From contig CAMGEN010000002.1 in the NCBI GenBank assembly GCA_946055075.1, positions 1,174 to 65,173 on the forward strand: DNA of 64,000 nt, given 5' to 3'. The stretch comes from an uncultured Verrucomicrobiota bacterium. GTDB lineage: Bacteria > Verrucomicrobiota > Kiritimatiellia > RFP12 > UBA1067. The notes under the pieces are model-generated. The model saw only the letters and a program-made list of their open reading frames with translations. It searched no databases and was not told where the DNA came from. Made by a program: the position numbers and the translations under genes. Numbering within the stretch: the first letter of the stretch is position 1; the number at the start of each line of letters is the position of its first letter. Positions 26,498 to 35,072 of the stretch are shown piece after piece.

Positions 26498-26671
26498 TCA
26501 CGGATAATCGCTTTCCACTATGTTCTTCGTCCTTTCAGCACTTTTCATCGAGGCGGAGACCAGATAGCCCATCACCCCGATGATAAACACAATCCCAATC
26601 AGCGCGAGAACATACTCGACCGTCGCCTGACCACGATGTGAATTATACCAAAATGGATGATTCGATTTCAA
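26498..26671 (-). CDS. Flp-family pilin, 57 aa, TTG start (absent from the ORF track)
   Basis: My own translation: (TTG)MKSNHPFWYNSHRG|QATVEYVLALIGIVFIIGVMGYLVSASMKSAERTKNIVESDYP*. It has G-XXXX-EY. An in-frame TGA lies 5 codons upstream of the TTG. TGATATACT sits 9 nt upstream. Confidence 0.65.
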   Translation of the reverse strand: MKSNHPFWYNSHRGQATVEYVLALIGIVFIIGVMGYLVSASMKSAERTKNIVESDYP

Positions 26672-26680
26672 CTTATGATT

Positions 26681-26689
26681 AGTATATCA
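26681..26689 (-). promoter_or_regulatory. Extended -10-like promoter TGATATACT for the flp operon
   Basis: Reverse complement of agtatatca, directly after the ABC-F stop. 9 nt to TTG 26671. Confidence 0.45.
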
Positions 26690-26692
26690 AAA

Positions 26693-28663
26693 CTAGTCGA
26701 TCTTGATCGACTCCAGTTCTGTTGCCGCCTCTTCCCAATCCGCGGTGTAACGATCGATTTCAAACTGGAGCGTCCGGACCTCTCGGTTCTTTGCCGCGAA
26801 GTCGGTCGTCGGTTTCGGATTGAAGAGCTCTTCGGAGGCCGCATCCAAAGCCGCCTGCAGTTCGTCGATCTTCTTCTCTGCCGTCTCCACCCTTTTCTTC
26901 AGCTCCTTCACCCTAGGCGCGATCTTCGCCCTTTCCGCCGCCCGCTGCTGGCGCAGTTCCTTCGACGTGAGATTAGGTGTAGGTGTAGATGATAGGTGTA
27001 CAGTGGAATTTTTAACTTCCACTGTCAACCTCGACCTAGCACCTCGACCTTCGTCCCGCTCTGCCTTTTTCTCGCAATAATAGTCGTAACCGCCGGGGTA
27101 CTTGTTAAGTCCGTCACGGGTAATCTCGAGGATGCTAGTCGCCACCGCCCGGACGAAATCAATGTCGTGGGAAACCAGGAGGATCGTGCCCTTGTACTGC
27201 TGGAGCGCCTCCTGCAGAAGGCGACGTCCGTCAAGATCGAGATTCGTCGTCGGTTCGTCGAGAAGCAGGAAATTCGGCGCGGTGAGGAAGAGGCGTAGGA
27301 ACGCGAGACGAATCTTCTCGCCGCCGGACAATACGCCCGCCGGCTTTTCGACGTCGTTCTCATCAAAGCCGAAGGCGCCGAGCTGATTGCGAAAGATCTT
27401 CTCGGGGCCGCCACCATGTGCGTCCCACGCGTTCTTCGCGTTGCGATAGACGGAAAGATCCGGAGGGATCGTCTCGGCGAATTCCTGAGAAAGATAGCCA
27501 GGAACTACGTTGTGGCCTAGAACCGCCTTGCCTTCAGTCGCGGGTCTCGTCCCCGCGATAATGCGCATCAGTGTCGTCTTGCCGAGTCCGTTGTACCCAA
27601 TCAGCGCGACCTTATCTCCGCGCGTGATATTGAATTCAAGCCCCCGGAAGACAAAGCGCGGAGAAGGAGCATAACAAAACCCGAGATTCTCGCAGCGGAA
27701 CATCTCAATGCCGCTCGGCGGCGGTTCGGCGAGACGGAGACGTCCCGAATTCGTGTAGCGCTTCGGCAGCACGATCCGTTCCTCGTCGATCTTGTCGATC
27801 AGCTTCTGACGGCTCTGCGCCTGCGCGGCCTTCGTCGCCTGCGCGCGGAAACGGTCGACGAACCGCTGCAGCTGCTCGCGATGGTGATCCTGATTTTCCT
27901 TCGCGGCCTTGAGGTGTTCGTAACGGACCTCGCGTTCGGTCAGATAATAATCGAGATTGCCCTCATACCGCGTTGCCGTGCCAGCATCGACTTCGACGAT
28001 GATGTTCGTAAGCGTACGTAGCAGATACCGGTCGTGAGAAATCAGCATCAGCGTTCCGTCATAAGCCTTAAGGAACTTCTGAAGCCAATCGACGGCAGGA
28101 AGATCGAGATAGTTCGAGGGTTCGTCGAGGAGCAGCAGATCCGGCTTCGAGGCGAGTACGCGCGAGAGTTCCGCACGCATGCGCCAGCCGCCGGAGAACG
28201 ACTTGAACGGCTTAGCGAACTCGTCGACCGTGAAGCCGAGACCGCCGAGCGCAATTTTCACCCGCGTCTCGATGTCATAACCACCAAGATGCTCGAATCG
28301 CGTCTGCAGTTCGCCGTAGCGCTTCATCTTCTGCGGATCGGTAAGATCCTGTTCCAGCTCGGTCATTTCCGCTTCCATCTCGGAAAGCCCGGGAATGCCG
28401 CGTAGCGAATATTCAAGTAGCGTCTCCTCGGGCGTGTCCGGCTCTGGGTTCTGACGCGTGAAGCCGATGCGCGGATCAGATTCGATGATAAGCTCGCCCT
28501 TGTCCGTTGACATTTCGCCGAGGATGATCTTAAAGAGCGTTGACTTGCCCGAACCATTCGGACCCACCACGCCGATGCGATCGCCCTTGTTGACGCGGAA
28601 CGTGACGTCCGTCAGGACGTCCTGATGTCCGTAATGAACCGATACCCCCTGAAAATCTAGCAT
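26693..28663 (-). CDS. ABC-F family ATPase (two ABC domains, no TM domain)
   Basis: Two Walker A sites (GPNGSGKST, GYNGLGKTT), two signature motifs (FSGGWRMR, LSGGEKIR), C-terminal coiled coil. Confidence 0.92.
   Translation of the reverse strand: MLDFQGVSVHYGHQDVLTDVTFRVNKGDRIGVVGPNGSGKSTLFKIILGEMSTDKGELIIESDPRIGFTRQNPEPDTPEETLLEYSLRGIPGLSEMEAEMTELEQDLTDPQKMKRYGELQTRFEHLGGYDIETRVKIALGGLGFTVDEFAKPFKSFSGGWRMRAELSRVLASKPDLLLLDEPSNYLDLPAVDWLQKFLKAYDGTLMLISHDRYLLRTLTNIIVEVDAGTATRYEGNLDYYLTEREVRYEHLKAAKENQDHHREQLQRFVDRFRAQATKAAQAQSRQKLIDKIDEERIVLPKRYTNSGRLRLAEPPPSGIEMFRCENLGFCYAPSPRFVFRGLEFNITRGDKVALIGYNGLGKTTLMRIIAGTRPATEGKAVLGHNVVPGYLSQEFAETIPPDLSVYRNAKNAWDAHGGGPEKIFRNQLGAFGFDENDVEKPAGVLSGGEKIRLAFLRLFLTAPNFLLLDEPTTNLDLDGRRLLQEALQQYKGTILLVSHDIDFVRAVATSILEITRDGLNKYPGGYDYYCEKKAERDEGRGARSRLTVEVKNSTVHLSSTPTPNLTSKELRQQRAAERAKIAPRVKELKKRVETAEKKIDELQAALDAASEELFNPKPTTDFAAKNREVRTLQFEIDRYTADWEEAATELESIKID
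26975..27056 (-). repeat. Composite in-frame repeat insertion in the ABC-F C-terminal region
   Basis: AGGTGT x3 (26975-26999), a perfect hairpin CAGTGGAA-N8-TTCCACTG (27001-27024), then tcaacc tcgacc tagcacc tcgacc ttcgtcc (27025-27056). Encodes EGRGARSRLTVEVKNSTVHLSSTPTPN. Confidence 0.85.
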
Positions 28664-28664
28664 G

Positions 28665-29474
28665 TTATTCCCTCAGACTAAATGTTCCGTCACTCAGGCG
28701 AACCAGGGAAACCTTCCGTCCGTCTGCTAACATCCAAACCACAGAATAGGTTCGCCACCCGTCCACCAACGGCTTCGCCTCTGCAGGACCGAAGATGAAC
28801 GCGGTTGTCGAATACAAATCGGCATACATCGCTTCCGTTGCGACCACCGTAACCGAAGCGACATCGTTGGAAACCGCAAGTCCTGTCCGACCATCGTAGA
28901 TATGCTTGCCGCGGTAGTATTCGGCGCTAGTCGCACAGGACATTCCTTCTTTCAGGACAAACGTCTCATCACACCCGGCGATGCCAACTTTCCAATCGCC
29001 ACGAACCGATTTCAGATTTCCGCCTAGATCCAGTAGGACCCCACATTTCCCCTTCGGCACGCGAACGGACGCAAGATCAACGGCATAGCCCTTCGCAATC
29101 GCGCCCAAATCCAGAGTACCGGTCCCGCGCCAACACGGATTGAACGCACCCTTCGTCGCATCGCGCCAGGAGAAAGCCAGTTCATAACACGGCTTCATCG
29201 AGGGATCACACCTCTCGAGCACCTCGCTATCGGACAGCGTAGCTAGCCGGCTCAATTCAGAATTCGGATCATGCGCGTTGAGGAGCTTCTCAACATGTTC
29301 GAACTCCGCCTTCACGACTCGGACAATGGCCGCGGTCTCTTCCGCTGTCGCGTCCCGCGTCTGCAACGCGGCAACCGTGCCCATCACTGGCCATTCGACG
29401 CGTTCGATCCTGCCGCGCGAACACCCCGCCAGTAAAATCACCCCGACCCAAACTATCAAAACTTTTCCCACCAC
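28665..29474 (-). CDS. ApbE-family FAD:protein FMN transferase (lipoprotein)
   Basis: Lipobox LLAGC. FNP...LDLGAIAKGYAVD...LDLGGN...SCATSAEY pattern. GTG start. Confidence 0.8.
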   Translation of the reverse strand: MVGKVLIVWVGVILLAGCSRGRIERVEWPVMGTVAALQTRDATAEETAAIVRVVKAEFEHVEKLLNAHDPNSELSRLATLSDSEVLERCDPSMKPCYELAFSWRDATKGAFNPCWRGTGTLDLGAIAKGYAVDLASVRVPKGKCGVLLDLGGNLKSVRGDWKVGIAGCDETFVLKEGMSCATSAEYYRGKHIYDGRTGLAVSNDVASVTVVATEAMYADLYSTTAFIFGPAEAKPLVDGWRTYSVVWMLADGRKVSLVRLSDGTFSLRE

Positions 29475-29487
29475 AACTGCTCACTTC

Positions 29488-30297
29488 TCACGGTGTCAGT
29501 ATCTCCAGCTCAATATCCTCTCTCCGCATCTGCGCCAATGCCTCGCGCATCGTCTCTTCGGCGAAGCGCGGAGTGTTGCAATCCTGCGAGAGATGCGCGA
29601 GCATCAGTTTCTTAAGCCGCGGCGAAGCGAACTTCTTCACAAGCTCCGCCGCCTCCCAGTTCGCGAGATGTCCGCGAGGACCTGCGATCCGTTGGACTAG
29701 GCACGGCGCGCGCCCGGAAGTGCGGAGCATCACTGGATCGTGATTTGATTCCAATGTCGCGATCGTCGCCTCTTGCAGCTTTACACCGATCGAATCGAGC
29801 GGCGTCCCGATATCCGTCCCATGAAAATACACTGGAGCTTCCACACCTGATGCCTGATCACCGATCACCGATCCCTTAATCAGGTACCCGACTGGATCGG
29901 ACGTATCATGAGGAATGGGAAACGGGTTGACCACCAACGGACCAATCTCGAACTCCTGTCCGTTCTCAAAGCAGACGAACGCGTCCTCTGGAATCCCCTT
30001 TCCGGCGATGATCGCCTCGGCGGTCATCATGTTCGCATAGACGGGAACATCGTGTTTCTTCAGGAAAGTGCAGAGTCCGTCAACATGATCCCCGTGCGAA
30101 TGCGTGATCAGCACCGCCTGGATCATGTCACAGGACACGTTGGCACGGAGCGTCTGACACTCGGCGCCAACTTTTTCCTTGATGCGCCGGGTGAGATCGC
30201 GATAGGAAAGCCCGCAGTCGATGAGGATAACGGTACCCTCGTGTTCGACGAGATACGCGTTGCCCTTGGACGAAGAAGCGAGCGGAATTACATTCAC
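29488..30297 (-). CDS. MBL-fold metallo-hydrolase
   Basis: HSHGDHVDG motif and overall beta-lactamase-fold spacing. Confidence 0.8.
   Translation of the reverse strand: MNVIPLASSSKGNAYLVEHEGTVILIDCGLSYRDLTRRIKEKVGAECQTLRANVSCDMIQAVLITHSHGDHVDGLCTFLKKHDVPVYANMMTAEAIIAGKGIPEDAFVCFENGQEFEIGPLVVNPFPIPHDTSDPVGYLIKGSVIGDQASGVEAPVYFHGTDIGTPLDSIGVKLQEATIATLESNHDPVMLRTSGRAPCLVQRIAGPRGHLANWEAAELVKKFASPRLKKLMLAHLSQDCNTPRFAEETMREALAQMRREDIELEILTP
29842..29876 (-). repeat. Heptamer array in-frame in the MBL-fold gene
   Basis: Plus strand cacacct gatgcct gatcacc gatcacc gatccct, encoding GSVIGDQASGVE. Confidence 0.8.
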
Positions 30298-32852
30298 TTG
30301 ATCTCAACCGCGCCCTTGCCGCGGATGTCAGCGGACGAAGCACCGACAAGGATCTCGTACCTGCCGGGATCGACACGCCACTGATGACAAAGGATGTCCC
30401 AGTAAGCAAAATCACGCTTCGTGAGAGTAGCGGAGAGCACTTCCGATTCGCCCGGCTTAAGCAGTTTCGTCTTCGCGAAACCCTTGAGTTCCTTGACGGC
30501 ACGCTCAATCTTCGGATCGACCGGAGCCATATAGAACTGAACGGACTCCTTGCCGGCGACCTTACCAGTATTTGTCACGCGAACGGAGACCTTCCACTGT
30601 TCACCTTCGCATTCGACCTTCGCCTGATCATAGGCGAAAGTCGTATAGGAGAGTCCGTAACCAAACGGGAAGAGCGGCTTAATGCCCTTCGCGTCATACC
30701 AGCGGTAGCCGACGTAGAAACGCTCTTGATAGGTGACGTACTTATCGTTGTAGGTCCCACACTGAGCGACCCCGCAATCCTCGTACTTGCGCGGCCAGGT
30801 TAGGCAGAGCTTGCCAGAAGGATTGACATCACCGAAGAGCATGCGGGCGAGGATGTTGCCGGCCTCCTGTCCGAGATACGGCTGCAGGACCACGGTCTCA
30901 GCATCATCGATCCACGGCAGTTCGCACGGAGAGCAGGAACGATTGATGATGACGAGGTTCTTAAGATTCATCTTGAGCAACTTGGCAATCTCAGCGTCGT
31001 GTCCATCAGGATTCTTCATGTCCGGTCGGTCACCCGCCTCCTGTTCACGCGCCGGACCTACACCCATCGAAGTGCCGGTGAAGACAATGACGGCGTCCGC
31101 GGACCTGAGATCATCTTCCTTGGAGCCAGTCTGCGCCGCGAGGACGGACGGCAACACCCAGCCGAAGGAGAACGAGTTCTCCTTGCAGTCGCCGATATCA
31201 ATGGTAATCGTATAGATCCTGCCCTTCTCGAACGCTACCCGTACCGCATCGCCGTTGCCCTGACAATTGAAGATGAACTTGCCGTCAACCTTCACCGTCG
31301 CCGCGCCGAAGCCGATGTCCTTCGCGAAGCCGAGCAGGTAGTTGCCGGACTCGGGAGCGGTGACGCGCGCCTGGAAGCGGACCGCGCGGCGATTGATGCC
31401 AGTCGGATAGGTCACGTAATCGGTGATCTCGCCGTCACCCTGCCAATCATTGTCATCAGCCCACGTACGCACCTCCCACGCACGCTCTACAAACGCGTCC
31501 GTTGACTTCTTGGTGAAGGTGTCGAGGAGAAGATTATCAATCTGTGCAGGCTTGTCGCCGAGCGTCGATTCAGCACCGAGCGGCAGGAGCTTCACTTCGG
31601 CTTTGTCACCGAGCGCCGCCTTGACACCCTTGAAAGCGGTGACTTCATAAGGCGCGTGACCTTCGCAAGAGCAGCCGAGATGGCACTGGTCCATATCCGC
31701 GGCGCGACCGAGGAACACGACCTTCTTGATCTCGTCCTTCTTGAGCGGCAGCACACCGGCATCGTTCTTCGCGAGAACGATCGCCTCGTCACCGATCTTG
31801 CCGCAGACGTCATAGTGCTCCTGGACAAGCCGCTGCCCCTGAGGCTGGAGACCGTCCAGGAAGCCGGTCTTCGCCATCGTCCATAGGACATGGAGAGCCA
31901 TCTCGTCGACAGTCGCCTCAGGCACCTTCCCATCCTTCACCGCCTGAAGCAGAGGATGGACCTTGTCCTTGTGCCAGAAGTCGGTGAAGTGGATGATGCC
32001 CGCGCCGCGGTCCATTTCCACATTGCCGCCGTTGAGCGCTGCCATGACGGTCGAATGCGCCCCACCCCAGTCTGTCACGATCATACCCGGAAAGTGCCAG
32101 CGGTCGCGCACAATGCCGCGCTGGGTGTAGCCGTTCTCGCTCGCGAACTGTCCGTTGATGCGATTATATGAAGTCATCAGCGCGAGCGAACCGCCTTCGC
32201 AGATCGCCGCCTCGAACGCGGGAAGGTAGATCTCATTGAAGGTGCGCTCGTCACAGACGGTATCGACCGAGTTGCGGGCGAGTTCTTGGTTGTTGAGACA
32301 ATAGTGCTTTACCGTCGTTGCGACGCCTTCCTTTTGGACGGCCTTGATGAGAGGCACGACCATCTTCGCATTGAAGAACGGATCCTCGCTCATATACTCC
32401 CAATTGCGTCCGCAAAGCGGCGTTCTCGCGATATTGACGCCTGGACCGAGCATCATGTCCTTGTTACGCGCGCGGTTCTGTTCGCCCATCACCTTGCCGT
32501 GAAGCAGCGCGAGATCCTTATTCCATGTCTGCGCAAGAGCCGAGAGTGGAGGAAGCGAAGTCGAACGATCGTCAATGCCTTGCACATAAGGCCACTCGGC
32601 ACGTCCATGTTCAGGCTTCATGGTATGCGAGCAGTCGCTCATGCCCCACTCACGTGGAATCCCGACTTCGGGAATCGCGTTGATGTACATCGTTGCGCAG
32701 CCGCCGCAGAGCGTGACCTTCTGCTCGAGCGTCATCTTCTTCAGAATCGACTCCGCCTTATCACGCGCATACTCGTCCGACAGCGGCAATTCAGACGCGT
32801 TCGCAACCATCGCCGCGCCAACCGCCAGCAATCCAAGCATCATCTTCTTCAT
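30294..32852 (-). CDS. GH3 beta-glucosidase/glycosidase with a PA14-like insert, secreted
   Basis: GRNWEYMSEDPFF, MIVTDWGG. Signal peptide MKKMMLGLLAVGAAMVANA from ATG 32852 (AAGGA upstream). Confidence 0.88.
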   Translation of the reverse strand: MKKMMLGLLAVGAAMVANASELPLSDEYARDKAESILKKMTLEQKVTLCGGCATMYINAIPEVGIPREWGMSDCSHTMKPEHGRAEWPYVQGIDDRSTSLPPLSALAQTWNKDLALLHGKVMGEQNRARNKDMMLGPGVNIARTPLCGRNWEYMSEDPFFNAKMVVPLIKAVQKEGVATTVKHYCLNNQELARNSVDTVCDERTFNEIYLPAFEAAICEGGSLALMTSYNRINGQFASENGYTQRGIVRDRWHFPGMIVTDWGGAHSTVMAALNGGNVEMDRGAGIIHFTDFWHKDKVHPLLQAVKDGKVPEATVDEMALHVLWTMAKTGFLDGLQPQGQRLVQEHYDVCGKIGDEAIVLAKNDAGVLPLKKDEIKKVVFLGRAADMDQCHLGCSCEGHAPYEVTAFKGVKAALGDKAEVKLLPLGAESTLGDKPAQIDNLLLDTFTKKSTDAFVERAWEVRTWADDNDWQGDGEITDYVTYPTGINRRAVRFQARVTAPESGNYLLGFAKDIGFGAATVKVDGKFIFNCQGNGDAVRVAFEKGRIYTITIDIGDCKENSFSFGWVLPSVLAAQTGSKEDDLRSADAVIVFTGTSMGVGPAREQEAGDRPDMKNPDGHDAEIAKLLKMNLKNLVIINRSCSPCELPWIDDAETVVLQPYLGQEAGNILARMLFGDVNPSGKLCLTWPRKYEDCGVAQCGTYNDKYVTYQERFYVGYRWYDAKGIKPLFPFGYGLSYTTFAYDQAKVECEGEQWKVSVRVTNTGKVAGKESVQFYMAPVDPKIERAVKELKGFAKTKLLKPGESEVLSATLTKRDFAYWDILCHQWRVDPGRYEILVGASSADIRGKGAVEIK

Positions 32853-32893
32853 GTTTTCAATTCCTTTCTCAACGTTTAACCTAAACTCTAATC

Positions 32894-34210
32894 TCATCCA
32901 CGCTCAAACGCCCGATGCGCGATGTCCTTACGATAGAACATCCCGTCAAAGGAGATGCTGGAGATGCGCTCATAAGCGTTATCAACGGCCTCACGGAGAT
33001 TCGTGCCGAGCCCGGTGACGCTCATCACTCGTCCGCCGCTCGTCACGACCTTGTCGCCGTCGAATCTCGTTCCACAGTGGAATACGATGGAATCGCCTTC
33101 CCCCCATTCCCCTTTCCCCGTTCCCCTGATTTCCTTGCCCTTCTCGTACGAACCAGGATAGCCGTCGGAAGCAAGAATGACGGTCGCGGCAGTTTCATCA
33201 CGAACCACGACATCCTCCTCCTTAAGACAACCACTTGCGGCGTGTAGAAGCGCAGTCGCAAAGCTGCCGCCGAGACGCGGAAGCACCGCTTCGGTCTCAG
33301 GATCGCCGAACCTAGCGTTAAACTCGACGACGTTGACATCGCTGCCGCTGATGGCGGTTGGACCATGCGGATTGGAGTGTTCGTTATTGACCATAAGCCC
33401 CGCATAGAGGATACCGCGGTAGACGATACCACGCTTCTTGAGCTCGTTAACGACGGGCATGATGATCTTATCCTTGATCATCGGAAGCTTGTCGCTCGTA
33501 ATCACGGGAGCAGGCGAATACGCGCCCATGCCACCGGTGTTCGGGCCCTTGTCGCCGTCGAAAACCCGCTTATGGTCCTGCGAACTAGGCAGCAACACAG
33601 CGTCATTGCCGTCCACCATCGCGAGAATTGAGCACTCTTCACCGTGGAGGAACTCCTCGATCAACACCTCGGCGCCGGCGGCACCGAACTTGTTGCCGAC
33701 GAGCATATCGTCAATCGCCGCCTCTGCCTGGTCGTTCGTCTCGGCGACGATCACGCCCTTGCCGGCGGCGAGGCCGTCCGCCTTGATGACGACGGGGAGT
33801 CCGTACGCAGGAAGTGCCGCCTTTGCCTTCACGGCATCAGTGAATACTTCGGCCTTGCCCGTCGGGACGCCTGCCGCGTCCATGATCTCCTTGGCGAAGC
33901 GCTTGGAACCTTCCATGCGCGCGCCGGCGGCGACGGGACCGAACGCCTTTATCCCCGCCTTCTCCAGCGCGTCCACGAGCCCGATCACCAGCGGGGCTTC
34001 GGGACCGACCACGACGAGGTCAGGTTTTTCCGCCTTCGACCAAGCGACAATGCCCTCGACATCGTCCGCCTTGATCGCGACACATTCTGCGACCTCGGCG
34101 ATACCGGCGTTACCGGGCGCGGCATAAAGCTCGTGCTCTTCAGGATCGTGCGCAAGTCTCCACGCAATCGCATGTTCACGTCCGCCAGAACCGACTACCA
34201 GAATCTTCAT
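32894..34210 (-). CDS. purD: Phosphoribosylamine-glycine ligase
   Basis: MKILVVGSGGREHAIAWRL...ATP-grasp...RFGDPE. ATG 34210 has GGAGGA 8 nt upstream. Confidence 0.95.
   Translation of the reverse strand: MKILVVGSGGREHAIAWRLAHDPEEHELYAAPGNAGIAEVAECVAIKADDVEGIVAWSKAEKPDLVVVGPEAPLVIGLVDALEKAGIKAFGPVAAGARMEGSKRFAKEIMDAAGVPTGKAEVFTDAVKAKAALPAYGLPVVIKADGLAAGKGVIVAETNDQAEAAIDDMLVGNKFGAAGAEVLIEEFLHGEECSILAMVDGNDAVLLPSSQDHKRVFDGDKGPNTGGMGAYSPAPVITSDKLPMIKDKIIMPVVNELKKRGIVYRGILYAGLMVNNEHSNPHGPTAISGSDVNVVEFNARFGDPETEAVLPRLGGSFATALLHAASGCLKEEDVVVRDETAATVILASDGYPGSYEKGKEIRGTGKGEWGEGDSIVFHCGTRFDGDKVVTSGGRVMSVTGLGTNLREAVDNAYERISSISFDGMFYRKDIAHRAFERG
33099..33125 (-). repeat. (GGGGAAN) heptamer array in-frame in purD
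   Basis: Coding strand GGGGAACGGGGAAAGGGGAATGGGGGG, encoding GTGKGEWGEG. Same reading frame as the ligA copy. Confidence 0.9.
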
Positions 34211-34226
34211 ATGATCTTTCCTCCGC

Positions 34227-34239
34227 AATGTTCAACATT
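34227..34239. promoter_or_regulatory. Perfect 13-bp palindrome AATGTT-C-AACATT just upstream of the purD RBS
   Basis: Seen directly. Its centre lies ~23 nt upstream of ATG 34210. Confidence 0.3.
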
Positions 34240-34270
34240 CAATCCGCGGCTCACAACCGGAAACCAGACG

Positions 34271-34786
34271 TCATTTCGCCGGCACCCGGAGCTTCTGTCC
34301 GATACGGATATTATTGCTCTTAAGATTATTAAGCTCCTTGATCGTCTGAACCTTGGTACCGAAAGCTTCGGAAATAATGGTCAAATTATCGCCAGCAGCC
34401 ACCGTATAAAGCTTGGTTGGTCCGTCATAGGCTGAAGCTGGGGGCGGTGGCGCCGGACGTCTATTCTCCTCTTGCTTGATCCTCGAAGCGAGATCGTTAA
34501 CGATCTCTTCGCGTTGCTTCGCGAGCGCCGCTTTGAGGTCCGCCACCTGCGCCTGCAGCGACGAGACCAGGCTCTTAAGGTCGGCGATCTCCTGTTTCAT
34601 CGGCTCAATCTTGGATACGCGATTGACCAAGTCGTTATGATTCTGCTCGAGGCAGTCTACCTGGCCGGAAACGCGCTGCATCTCCTCGAACGCCTGCTGT
34701 TTGAGAAAGTTATCCTTCGCCTGCCCGAACAACGGACACGAAAAGGACGCCAACGAGACGAATGCCAATAATAATGCTTGCTTCAT
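34271..34786 (-). CDS. Secreted coiled-coil protein with a C-terminal LysM domain
   Basis: Signal MKQALLLAFVSLASFSCPLFGQA. LysM: YTVAAGDNLTIISEAFGTKVQTIKELNNLKSNNIRIGQKLRVP. Confidence 0.8.
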   Translation of the reverse strand: MKQALLLAFVSLASFSCPLFGQAKDNFLKQQAFEEMQRVSGQVDCLEQNHNDLVNRVSKIEPMKQEIADLKSLVSSLQAQVADLKAALAKQREEIVNDLASRIKQEENRRPAPPPPASAYDGPTKLYTVAAGDNLTIISEAFGTKVQTIKELNNLKSNNIRIGQKLRVPAK

Positions 34787-34799
34787 ATTACCCTTTCCT

Positions 34800-35072
34800 T
34801 TAAAACACAAGTAGACACAACCAGATCACGAATCCAATCGTGACGACAACGAGAAACCGAGTCTGACGATGACTGCGAATCTCCTGCCGAATCGTCCGCC
34901 CGAAGGTTCGCATCCCGCCGCCAGAGATATAGTGAAAGAGCTTCCATCCATACTCCTTGCCGTACGAAGTCTCGCCATGCGCTGCAGTGTATTCGTCCAG
35001 CTGCCAAGGTTCGTCCGAGCGCGTATAGGAATGCTCGGCGGTCACCAGCGTCGGAAAGATTCGTTCGTTCAC
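34800..35072 (-). CDS. Small tail-anchored membrane protein (hypothetical)
   Basis: GTG 35072 forms a GTGA overlap with the upstream stop. C-terminal TM FLVVVTIGFVIWLCLLVF. Confidence 0.4.
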   Translation of the reverse strand: MNERIFPTLVTAEHSYTRSDEPWQLDEYTAAHGETSYGKEYGWKLFHYISGGGMRTFGRTIRQEIRSHRQTRFLVVVTIGFVIWLCLLVF

